From NCBI GenBank assembly GCA_045591055.1, contig JAZNSD010000076.1:32481-96480 (forward strand): DNA of 64,000 bases, in the 5' to 3' direction. A model generated the notes under the pieces. The model was not told the origin of the DNA, made no database searches, and saw nothing but the letters and a program-made list of their open reading frames with translations. The stretch comes from Acutalibacteraceae bacterium. GTDB lineage: Bacteria; Bacillota; Clostridia; Oscillospirales; Acutalibacteraceae. Each line of letters starts with the position of its first letter. Position 1 is the stretch's first letter. Of the stretch, positions 48,718 to 58,300 are shown in pieces. The position numbers and the translations under genes are program-made.

Positions 48718-50067
48718 TCAAATCCACTTAAGTGTGTTTTCAAGAGCGACGGAAGCACGAAGGATAAGTCTTGCATCACTTGCTTTGACTCCATCTCCGT
48801 CTATGTCAGCAGCCTTGAAGAATACCGAATCTACGTTATAGCTTTCAAGTCCGACGGACATCCTGAGTGTAAGTCGTGCGTCTGAAGCTGTTATGATACC
48901 GTTGCCGTCAATATCACCGGGACAAATGATTTCAAATTCCTTCCCAGAAGACATTAAAAGGGTCATCCCCGTACCTACGGCAGATTCATTTTTTATATTT
49001 TTTCCCGCACTGTCTTTTATGACAGCGGTATTTTCTGTGTGTGAAATCAGCTGTGCTGCTGTGACGGTTTCATTTTTTATAATGCAACCGTCGGCAAATT
49101 TTGCCTTTGCGCTGTTTTTGAAGTTGATGAAGTTTATTGTTGCCGAGGTTGATAAGCAGCTGTTTCCGTTTGCTTCAATAGTGATATTGTTCCATTGCTC
49201 TTTTGTCCCCAGATAATTAATTACCTTGAGCGATGGGCAAGTGTCAAAATTGTGTTCACCGATGTTTTTAACGCTTGAAGGTATTGTGACTTCAGTAAGT
49301 GAGGGGCAATTATTGACAGTGTACAGATGAATACTCTCAATGCCGTCAGGGAAAGTCAGTGTTTTGAGAGAGGTACAGCCTCTGAATGCAAGCATATCAA
49401 TAAATACTATGTTTGCAGGAAGTTCAATTTCTTCAAGGGCAGTGCAGCAGTCAAATGCAGATAACATAATTTTCTCTAATGTATCGGGAAGTATTACACT
49501 TCTGAGATTCTCGCAATTGCAGAAAGTATAGTCGGCAATCGTGGTGATTCCCGAAGGAATACTGATTTCTTCAATGCCGCTGCTTCGGAAGGCCTCGTCG
49601 GCTATGGATGTAAGGTTGGCAGGAAGTTTAATGCTCTTCAGGGCTGAACAACCAATAAAAGCTCCGCTTTCGATAGAAGTGACAGAATCCGGTAAAGTGA
49701 CTTCCCGAAGCTTTTGACATGAAGCAAAGGCACAGGAACTGACAGATGTAAAGCCTTCGGGCAATACAACGGTTTCTAATTGAGTGAAGGAAGAAAACAT
49801 ATTGGCGGCCATTGAGGTGACTCCGGAACTTATAATGATATTTTTTATTTCATTGATATGCGGGGCAATGTTTATGTCCTGCGTGATTTCACCGTTGCCG
49901 CGTATTGTAAGAGTTCCTGTTTCATCAAGAGTCCAACTGATATCCTTGTATGTGCCGTTTGTACTGACAGCAGCAAATGCAATTGTATAACTGTTGATTG
50001 TTGAAATTAATAAAATAATCAGGCAAAGAGTTACAGATATTTGACTTTTTAGTTTTCTTGTATACAT
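48718..50067 (-). CDS. Secreted BspA-type leucine-rich repeat protein with a C-terminal dockerin
   Basis: It has a signal peptide and repeated LP..(V/L)TSI...AF..C units. The C-terminal dockerin repeats are GDIDGNGIITASDARLTLRMSVG and ADIDGDGVKASDARLILRASVA. Confidence 0.8.
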   Translation of the reverse strand: MYTRKLKSQISVTLCLIILLISTINSYTIAFAAVSTNGTYKDISWTLDETGTLTIRGNGEITQDINIAPHINEIKNIIISSGVTSMAANMFSSFTQLETVVLPEGFTSVSSCAFASCQKLREVTLPDSVTSIESGAFIGCSALKSIKLPANLTSIADEAFRSSGIEEISIPSGITTIADYTFCNCENLRSVILPDTLEKIMLSAFDCCTALEEIELPANIVFIDMLAFRGCTSLKTLTFPDGIESIHLYTVNNCPSLTEVTIPSSVKNIGEHNFDTCPSLKVINYLGTKEQWNNITIEANGNSCLSTSATINFINFKNSAKAKFADGCIIKNETVTAAQLISHTENTAVIKDSAGKNIKNESAVGTGMTLLMSSGKEFEIICPGDIDGNGIITASDARLTLRMSVGLESYNVDSVFFKAADIDGDGVKASDARLILRASVALENTLKWI

Positions 50068-50170
50068 ATTGTTTGTCCTCCTTGATATTATTCTGTAATT
50101 TAATTATAACTGTTATTTTTTTGTCTTACAAGGTATAAAAGCAAAATTCACGTAGAACATTCAAAAAGTA

Positions 50171-50207
50171 TAAAAATAAAAGGAGGAAATTTTCATTCCT
50201 CCTTTTT
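50171..50207 (-). terminator. Rho-independent terminator after rplT
   Basis: AGGAGGAA/TTCCTCCT stem, followed on the minus strand by TTTTATTTTTA. Confidence 0.7.
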
Positions 50208-50219
50208 CAGTAAATTCAA

Positions 50220-50576
50220 TTACTTGAGAGCAGCCTTAGCCTGTTCTGTGAGAGCTGTGAATGCTGCGGGGTCTGCAATTGCGATTTCGGAAAGCATCTT
50301 TCTGTTGAGAGTGATGCCAGCCTTCTTGAGACCGTTCATAAATGTTGAGTAGTTCATGCCGTTAGCCTTGCAGCCTGCAGAAATTCTTGCGATCCAGAGT
50401 CTTCTGAAATCTCTCTTCTTCTGCTTTCTGCCGATGTAAGCATAGTTGCCGCTCTTCATAACAGCCTGCTTAGCAGTCTTGAAAAGCTTGCTCTTGGATC
50501 CGTAGTAGCCCTTAGCGAGCTTAAGAACCTTATTTCTTCTCTTACGAGTCATTAATGCGCCTTTAATACGTGCCAT
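50220..50576 (-). CDS. rplT: 50S ribosomal protein L20
   Basis: [42 protein letters not shown]... is a canonical L20 sequence. Confidence 0.97.
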   Translation of the reverse strand: MARIKGALMTRKRRNKVLKLAKGYYGSKSKLFKTAKQAVMKSGNYAYIGRKQKKRDFRRLWIARISAGCKANGMNYSTFMNGLKKAGITLNRKMLSEIAIADPAAFTALTEQAKAALK

Positions 50577-50604
50577 TCTTAGTTACCTCCGTTAAATCTT
50601 CTTC

Positions 50605-50802
50605 TTATTTGTAAGGAATAAGACGCTTGATCTGCTTAACATTGGTCTTGTCAGCAACAGCAGTCTTACGAAGATTTCTCTTTCTCTTCGTTGATTTCTT
50701 GTTAAGGATGTGGGACTTGTAGGCATGAGCACGGATGGGCTTGCCGTTCTTTGAAAGCTTAAAACGCTTCTTTGCGCCGGAGTTTGTTTTAATTTTAGGC
50801 AT
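50605..50802 (-). CDS. rpmI: 50S ribosomal protein L35
   Basis: [46 protein letters not shown]..., 65 aa. The internal Met of the listed 86-aa ORF was chosen as the start. Confidence 0.95.
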   Translation of the reverse strand: MPKIKTNSGAKKRFKLSKNGKPIRAHAYKSHILNKKSTKRKRNLRKTAVADKTNVKQIKRLIPYK

Positions 50803-50842
50803 TGTTTTTTCCTCCTGAATAATTTTTTTGCGGGATGCCTTT

Positions 50843-51361
50843 TTATTTAGCTGTCTTTGCAGCAAGGAACATAAGCATTGTACGATTTTCTAACTTAGCG
50901 GCCTTTTCCACGTTGCCGTATTCGGAACAGGCATCTGCGAAGGACTGCATAATTTCAAGTCCTCTTTCGGGATGAACCATTTCTCTGCCCCTGAAACGAA
51001 TGGATACCTTTACTTTGTTTCCTGCCTTAAGGAAACGGATCGCATGGTTAACCTTAGTTTCGATATCGTGTGTGTCGATGTTGAGAGTAAGCTGAATTTC
51101 CTTGATTTCAATAACCTTCTGATTCTTCTTAGCCTCTTTTTCACGTTTCTGCTGATCGAATCTGTACTTTCCGTAGTCCATGATCTTACATACGGGGGGC
51201 ACAGCCTGAGGAGCGATTTTTACAAGGTCGAGGCTTCTGTAGGCTGCTGCCTTGAGAGCATCCTGCGCACTCATAATGCCGAGCTGTTCGCCATCGTCGG
51301 TGATAACTCTGACCTCTTTGTCTCTTATTTCCTCATTGATCTGAAGTTCCTTAGTAGCTAT
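50843..51361 (-). CDS. infC: Translation initiation factor IF-3, probable non-canonical ATA start
   Basis: [31 protein letters not shown]...is a canonical IF-3 sequence. GGAGGTG lies 9 nt upstream of an ATA codon at 51359..51361. There is no in-frame ATG/GTG/TTG at a sensible position. Confidence 0.9.
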   Translation of the reverse strand: MATKELQINEEIRDKEVRVITDDGEQLGIMSAQDALKAAAYRSLDLVKIAPQAVPPVCKIMDYGKYRFDQQKREKEAKKNQKVIEIKEIQLTLNIDTHDIETKVNHAIRFLKAGNKVKVSIRFRGREMVHPERGLEIMQSFADACSEYGNVEKAAKLENRTMLMFLAAKTAK

Positions 51362-51522
51362 AAATAAGCACCTCCAAAATAAAATAGAAAAAATAAATGC
51401 GGACGACCGATTCGCCCGCACATAACTACAGAATAAGAGCATAAGCTCCTGAAATTCTTAAGTATTTACCCTGAAAAACGGAATTCGCAGGGTGAGAACG
51501 GGATACGGTCTGCTTTATTTAC
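51362..51522 (-). promoter_or_regulatory. infC-rpmI-rplT 5' leader with a terminator-like attenuator (candidate L20 leader)
   Basis: On the minus strand, the hairpin GCGGGCGA-ATCGG-TCGTCCGC (51399..51419) is followed by ATTTATTTTTTCTATTTT just upstream of the infC RBS. A further stem CCCTG...CAGGG lies upstream. Confidence 0.5.
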
Positions 51523-51528
51523 CCGTGT

Positions 51529-51557
51529 ATTATAACAGAGAAGATTGTGTTTGTCAA
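51529..51557 (-). promoter_or_regulatory. Sigma-70 consensus promoter of the infC operon
   Basis: The minus strand reads TTGACA, a 17-nt spacer, then TATAAT, both consensus hexamers. Confidence 0.7.
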
Positions 51558-51706
51558 TAGTTTTTTAAATTTGTTTTTTATGACAAAAAAATTGCATTTT
51601 CTTTGTTGAAAACTCACTAAAATCTGAATTTAAAATCCTAATCCTTGAAATAACCTTTTTTATATGTTATTATATCTTGAACAATAATTCCTTAGGAGGG
51701 ACAGCG

Positions 51707-53290
51707 GTGGCAGATGAGAAGAATACTGCTCAGCAGTATACCGATGAACAGCTCGGTTATGTTTACGAAAACAGACGTTATGTAGGCACAAAAGAAACCG
51801 TAGGCTTTGTTCTCTGGGATGCGGCGCAGAGCCTTAATATCAACACCTATACAACCCGATTTATAACAAACATCGTTAAAATCGACCTTGGTTTTCAGAC
51901 CATTCAGAAAAGTATCAACAGCGTATGGGATATTGTAAACGATATCTTTATGGCAGCAATAGTTGAGAAAACAAGAACACGTTGGGGTAAGTTCAGACCT
52001 TATCTTTTAGGCCTTGCAATTCCCGGCTGTATTGCAACACTCTGCTATTGGTTTATGCCCATCTTTTTCTCAGGAACATCAGCAATGTCTGTTCCTAAGT
52101 TCATTTTCTATGTTCTCCTTGAGATTCTCCGTGAAGGTGTAGGAACCTTCCAGGGTATTGCAAGAACGGGTATGCTGGCGACCATAACGCCGCACCCTGT
52201 AGACCGAACGAGGCTTATCACCATCGCAAACTTTGCTTCGGGTACCTTCGGCGAAAAGCTCCCCGAGCAGATTATGACGGTTGTGCTCGACCTTATTGAT
52301 AACAATGTGTTCAAGCCCGGTAAGGGCGGCAGAGAAGCACAGTATCTTATGGCTTTTGTAGGTATGGGTGCTTTCACGACCATTGTTTCCTCCGGTATGT
52401 CCTTCTGGTTCTTTATGAATTCAAAGGAAAGAATCATGCAGTCTGTTCAGACTCCCAGTGTAATCGATTCGGTTAAATCTATTGTAAACAATAAGCCTGT
52501 TCTTCTTATGACCCTTGCCGATTTCCTTGCAGGCTTCGGTATTTCGGGCAGTAAGTCAGACTATTACATAGACGTTCTTCACTTTGCATCAATGACAATG
52601 CTTGCAGGTATTCCCGCAGCACCCCTGTCACCCGTTTCATTCTCATTCGTTCCCTGGTTCAGAAGACGCTTCTCTTCACGTTTCCTTTATATCGTAAGTA
52701 ATGAAATAGGAAGTATTCTTTACGTATTCGTATTCCTCTTCGGCTGTATCGGCTTCAATCCCAAGACCTTCAAGGGCGGTCTCTACAGAAATAAGTGGGC
52801 TATGCTCTTTGCTATGGCAACATGGGAGCTTATCTGGACTCTCTTCTACGGTCTTAAGTCTGTTATCGGCACAGAGCTTTACAATGAATCTATGGACTAC
52901 TGCGAATGGAAAAACGGCTACAGAACAGAGGCTATGACCTCCGTTGCAAAGGGTCTTGCAGCTAAGGTTTCTCAGGCTGTCAGCGGTGTTGTTACCACTG
53001 CTCTCAAGAAGTTTGTAGGCTATGATCAGAATGCTTACACTTCAGGTAAGGAACAGCCCGACTATGTTAAGTTCTACCTCTTCGCAATGTTCACGATCAT
53101 TCCCGTTATCACAGGCTCCTTCGGTGTTATACCCATGCTCTTCTATGACCTTAACGGTAAGAAGAAGGAAAGAATGTATGCTGAGCTTCTTCAGAGAAGA
53201 AAAGAAGCTGCTCTTGCTGCTTCCGATGAGGATGCAGAAGCTATTAGAGAGCTTGAAGAAAGACTCAAGGCAAGCAAGAATTCAAAGTAA
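51707..53290 (+). CDS. GPH-family (glycoside-pentoside-hexuronide:cation symporter-like) transporter, tandem paralogue A
   Basis: GTG start 7 nt after TAGGAGGG, chosen by alignment with paralogue B (both begin VAD.KNTA.QYTDEQ). It has the GPH motif DI(F/V)..AIVEKTRTRWGKFRPYLL and about 12 TM segments. Confidence 0.8.
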   Translation: MADEKNTAQQYTDEQLGYVYENRRYVGTKETVGFVLWDAAQSLNINTYTTRFITNIVKIDLGFQTIQKSINSVWDIVNDIFMAAIVEKTRTRWGKFRPYLLGLAIPGCIATLCYWFMPIFFSGTSAMSVPKFIFYVLLEILREGVGTFQGIARTGMLATITPHPVDRTRLITIANFASGTFGEKLPEQIMTVVLDLIDNNVFKPGKGGREAQYLMAFVGMGAFTTIVSSGMSFWFFMNSKERIMQSVQTPSVIDSVKSIVNNKPVLLMTLADFLAGFGISGSKSDYYIDVLHFASMTMLAGIPAAPLSPVSFSFVPWFRRRFSSRFLYIVSNEIGSILYVFVFLFGCIGFNPKTFKGGLYRNKWAMLFAMATWELIWTLFYGLKSVIGTELYNESMDYCEWKNGYRTEAMTSVAKGLAAKVSQAVSGVVTTALKKFVGYDQNAYTSGKEQPDYVKFYLFAMFTIIPVITGSFGVIPMLFYDLNGKKKERMYAELLQRRKEAALAASDEDAEAIRELEERLKASKNSK

Positions 53291-53328
53291 GCCAATAAGG
53301 GTTTTATTTTCCGATAGAATAAAAAATA

Positions 53329-53371
53329 CAGGTGTTTTTGATGTTGAGGTCAAAAACACCTGTTGTTTTTT
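53329..53371 (+). terminator. Rho-independent terminator between the tandem paralogues
   Basis: CAGGTGTTTTTGA - loop - TCAAAAACACCTG followed by a T-rich run. Confidence 0.8.
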
Positions 53372-53467
53372 GTGGATTTATACAAAGATATTAATGCTTT
53401 ATTTTGTTGCACAGCCCGGCTTATTTATGTTAAAATAATAATATATCTGTAAATGGGAGGTTTTTTT

Positions 53468-55054
53468 GTGGCTGATGTAAAAAATACTGCTGAGCAATAC
53501 ACGGATGAGCAGACCGGTTATGTTTATGAAAACCGAAGATATGTGGGCTCAAAGGAAACGATGGGCTTTGTTCTCTGGGATGCTGCGCAGAGTCTTAATA
53601 TAAATACATACAGTACAAGATTTATTACCAATATTGTAAAAATCGATCTCAGCTATCAGACTATTGTCAAATCCGTAAACAGCGTTTGGGATATTATAAA
53701 CGATGTTTTCACCGCTGCAATAGTTGAAAAAACAAGAACCCGCTGGGGTAAGTTCAGACCCTATCTTCTTGCGCTTGCCGTGCCGGGCTGTATTATGACA
53801 TTGCTTTATTGGTTTATGCCTATTCTTTTTGCAGGTCAGCCTGCTATGTCTGTAAGCAAATTTATTTTTTATATGGCTCTTGAGATCCTGCGCGAGGGAG
53901 TGGGTACCTTCCAGGCTATCGCAAGAACAGGTATGCTTGCCACCATAACGCCGCATCCCGTAGACAGGACGAGACTTATCACCATTGCAAACTTTGCCTC
54001 GGGCTTCTTCGGTGAAAAGCTGCCCGAGCACGGTATGACCATACTTCTTGACCTTATTGACAATAAGGTATTCAAAAACGGAATGTCCCACGAAAATCAG
54101 CTGATGGGCGCTTTCGTCGGTATGGGTGCCGCAACAACCATTATTTCATCGGGTATGTCTTTCTGGTTCTTTATGAATTCAAAGGAAAGAATCATGCAGT
54201 CAGTCAAAACTCCCGGTATAAAGGATTCGCTCAGGTCAATTGCAAATAATAAGCCAATGCTGCTTATCACCCTTTCAGATTTCCTCGCAAACTTCGGTAT
54301 TTCGGGAAGTAAGCAGGACTACTATATAGACGTTCTTCATTTCGCATCTATGACACTTGTTGCAGGTCTTCCCGCAGCACCCTTGTCGCCCATATCCTAT
54401 TCATTCGTTCCCTGGTTCAGAAGAAGATTTTCTTCTCGTCTTCTTTATATAGTGAGCCGTAATATAAGCCACTTCCTCCACATTTTCGTTTTCATCTTCG
54501 GCTGTATCGGCTTCAATCCCAAGACCTTCAAGGGCGGTCTTTACAGAAAGAAGCTTCCCATGTTCTTTGCAATGGCGTTGTGGGAGCTTATCTGGACTAT
54601 ATTCTACGGACTTATGTCTGTTATCGGCACAGAGCTTTACAATGAATCTATGGACTACTGTGAATGGAAAAACGGCTACAGAACAGAGGCTATGACCTCT
54701 GTTGCAAAGGGGCTTGCCGCAAAGGTTTCAGGCTCTGTAAGCGGTGTTGTTACCACAGCCCTCAAAAAGATGGTAGGCTACGACCAGAATGCCTACACAA
54801 AGGGCGAAGAGCAGCCTGACTATGTTAAGTTCTATCTCTTTGCAATGTTCACAATTGTCCCCGCCGTAACAGGTACACTGGGTATTATCCCCATGCTTTT
54901 CTATGACCTTCACGGCAAGAAGAGAGAAACCATGTATGCAGAGCTTCTTCAGAGAAGAAAAGAAGCCTCCCTTTCCGCCTCCGAGGGCGACCTTGAAGCG
55001 GTAATGGCGATGGAAGAAAAGCTCAAAGCAATAAGAGACGGCAAACACCGCTAA
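53468..55054 (+). CDS. GPH-family transporter, tandem paralogue B
   Basis: GTG start after GGGAGG. It is near-collinear with paralogue A and shares long identical blocks, e.g. ESMDYCEWKNGYRTEAMTSVAKGLAAKVS. Confidence 0.8.
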   Translation: MADVKNTAEQYTDEQTGYVYENRRYVGSKETMGFVLWDAAQSLNINTYSTRFITNIVKIDLSYQTIVKSVNSVWDIINDVFTAAIVEKTRTRWGKFRPYLLALAVPGCIMTLLYWFMPILFAGQPAMSVSKFIFYMALEILREGVGTFQAIARTGMLATITPHPVDRTRLITIANFASGFFGEKLPEHGMTILLDLIDNKVFKNGMSHENQLMGAFVGMGAATTIISSGMSFWFFMNSKERIMQSVKTPGIKDSLRSIANNKPMLLITLSDFLANFGISGSKQDYYIDVLHFASMTLVAGLPAAPLSPISYSFVPWFRRRFSSRLLYIVSRNISHFLHIFVFIFGCIGFNPKTFKGGLYRKKLPMFFAMALWELIWTIFYGLMSVIGTELYNESMDYCEWKNGYRTEAMTSVAKGLAAKVSGSVSGVVTTALKKMVGYDQNAYTKGEEQPDYVKFYLFAMFTIVPAVTGTLGIIPMLFYDLHGKKRETMYAELLQRRKEASLSASEGDLEAVMAMEEKLKAIRDGKHR

Positions 55055-55090
55055 GCCGCTATGAACATAAATATAAATACCGCATTTAAG

Positions 55091-55119
55091 AAAGCTCGTT
55101 TTTATAACGGGCTTTTTTT
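55091..55119 (+). terminator. Hairpin terminator
   Basis: AAAGCTCGTT-TTTAT-AACGGGCTTT followed by T7. Confidence 0.6.
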
Positions 55120-55392
55120 GTTGCTGTGTTTGCGATAATGATGCATAATATTGAGAGTTATAATTTGTAAAAAACAGAGAAATGTAAAGATAAATTAATT
55201 ATAAGTAAACTTTTTTGCGGGACATTTTCTTTTTTTATTCATTAATACTATGAGGTAGAGAAAAAGGATATTTCATATCTTGCCTGTGTTGTATTTTTTT
55301 GCATTGAGTACAGAGGTGATACCGATGGGTTGTTCAGTTTTATGATATAAATATTTGAAGCATATTAATAATCAATGAAAGGAAAAGGTATT

Positions 55393-58300
55393 ATGAGAAA
55401 TGTTAAAGGAATTATTTCTGTATTACTTTCAATTATATTGATATCAGCAACTTGTTCCGTTGCTCTTCCTGTTTTTGCATATGAAATATTATCAGATAAT
55501 GATGCATTGACGAAAGAAAACAATTTGGCAAATGAGAGGCAGACTGAAATTATAAGCGAAGTAAAAGAGCTTCGGGAGGAATATGTCAAGCACTTTAAGA
55601 TGAGTGACGGTACATATCAGGCGGTTGTGTATAGCTCTCCTGTACACTATAAAGAAAACGGAAAATGGCAAGAAATTGATACAGGTATAAAAGAAAGCAC
55701 TTCTGCAACTAAAAATAGTGAAAAATTTTATGCCAATGTAGCAGATACAGAATTTTTATTCCCGGACAAAATAACAAACGGTGAACTGATTAAAATAAAA
55801 AAGAACGGTAATGAGATATCTTTCGGTTATAAAGAGAATATTGATTCCGTTTTTTCATCAGCAGTAATAACAGAATCTTCGGAATTCCAAAAATATGAAG
55901 ATGATAAAAAGACTGATAGCGAAACATTAAAAACTGAAGTTTCACAGGATATTCTGAAGTATAACAATGTTTCAGGGAAAATTGATTTTGAATATGAACT
56001 GAATTCCTCTATGTTAAAAGAAAGCATTATTATTCCTGACAAACAAGAGGAATATGTGTATGAGTTCAGTTTCAATATAGGCGAACTTACACCTGTTGCA
56101 AATCAAGACGGCTCAATATCTCTTATTGATAAAGAAAATAATGACAGTCTCGAATATGTTATTGCATCGCCTTTTATGATTGATGCGAACGGTATTTTTT
56201 CTGACAGTGTCACTATGACAATGACTTTATCAGACGGAGAATATATACTCACTGTAACGGCAGATGAAAATTGGCTGAATGATGAAAGCAGGGAGTTTCC
56301 TGTGGTTATCGACCCTACTTTATTATACAAGCCTGACAGGGTTAATGACATTTTTGATACTTACACAGACAGCGGTGCTCCAACAGTAAATCATTACCTT
56401 TCAACATACGCTATTATCGGTCATAATAGCCTCGGAACAGGAAGAACTTATATAAAATTTAATTTACCTTCTTTGCCTCATTGCGGAGTTATAATCAATG
56501 CAACTTTGGGACTTTTGCAGATGGGTTTTGATCCCGGTAATGGGGTTACAAATCATATGGTTGTATATGAAAGTCCTGCAAGTCAGAATTATCAGACACT
56601 TACATGGAATAATCAGCCCTCGTTGGATAATCAGCCGATAGTTGACTACACGGAGTTTATTTCAGGATCAAACGGCAGTGTGTTTTATACTCTTGATATA
56701 ACGAAAATTGCAAAAAAATGGTTTGAGGACGGCATAAATAATGGTTTGTTCCTTGCTTCTGCAAATGAAAGCAGCTCATGGCGTTCTACAATTTATACAT
56801 CAAATTATACAGGCTATGATGTATATCCTATGATAAGTATTTCATATATGGACAATAAAGGAATTGAAGATTATTGGTCATACGAAACAATAGATATGGG
56901 ACGCTCAGGTACGGTTTTTATCAATGAATATAATGGTCTGTTAACTTATGTGCATACTGATATAGCTCTAGGAGGAAATATCACTTCTCTTACAGCTTCA
57001 CATATTTATTCTAATGAACACAATGAATCAGGTGCACCTTACGGATACGGATTCAGAGTTTCAGCTCAGGAAAAAATAAGTCTAATTTCATCCGGGGATT
57101 TATATGATGAAGGCTACAGAGCATATCTGACCGATGCAGATGGTACTGTTCATTATTTCAAGTATGAAAACAGCAGTACAATGAAGTATGAATTTGATGA
57201 TAATCTGATACTGAAAAGTATATCGGGACAGACTTATAAATATGAACTGCAATATGAGGACGGCAGTAAAAGAAGATATGATTCATCAGGAAAATTGCTT
57301 TCGATTTCAGATAGCAACGGAAATACAATTACATACACCTATGACAGTTCGGGCAGAATAAATAAAATAACAGATGCAGCGAACAGAAGTGTTACATATA
57401 ATTATGATTCAAGCGGTTATCTTTCCTCTTTTACGGATGCGGCAGGAAGAAATACTGTATATTCATATGATAACGGATATTTGCGCACCATAACTTATCC
57501 CGACGGAAAGACAACAGTGTTGACATATCTTTCAGAAAAATTATTCAATATAAAGCAAGTTGATTCCACAAATGTATCTTTTTTGTACAGGACATCAGAC
57601 AGAGTTAATTTTATTTCGGTAAAAGGAACGGATTCTGCTGTTCTGAAAACAATTAATTTTTCTTTTCAAGGTGCCAATACTGTTGTTTCGGATTCGACCG
57701 GCAGAAGTGTAACTGTTGGCTTTGACAATATGGGACGTGCTGTGAGCCGTTCTGACAATGACGGAAATATTTCAACTGCAAAGTATGCTTCGGAAGGTAA
57801 TAAAAATAATAAGATGACTGAAAATTCTGATGTTTTTTCATTTTCTGACAATAAGCTACTTAATCATAGTTTTGAGGCTGAGTTTTCCGATTGGAAAATC
57901 TGGAAGCCCAGCGGTACAAATTCACACAGTGTAGTTACTTCACAGGCTTTTGTCGGCTCAAAATCTCTGAAACTTACTTGCTCTGCAGAAGGAAAAATTG
58001 TTGCACTTCAGGATCTGACAGATTTTGAGATCGGAAAAGAATATACCCTGTCCGCATATGTAAAGGCAACTTCATTAAGCGGAACAAAAACATCTGTAAG
58101 AATTGAAGGAAAGGATTCTTCAGGTACTGTGTCCAGAAATTCCTCTCCCTGGATAAATGCAGCTACGGACGGTTGGGTACGTTTGCAGGTGTCATATACT
58201 GTTCCTGCCGGTGTAACATATATACGTATCTGTCTGGAATTACAGGGGGCATCAGGAACTGTGTATTATGATGCATTGCAGTTTGAAGAAGCATCTGCTG

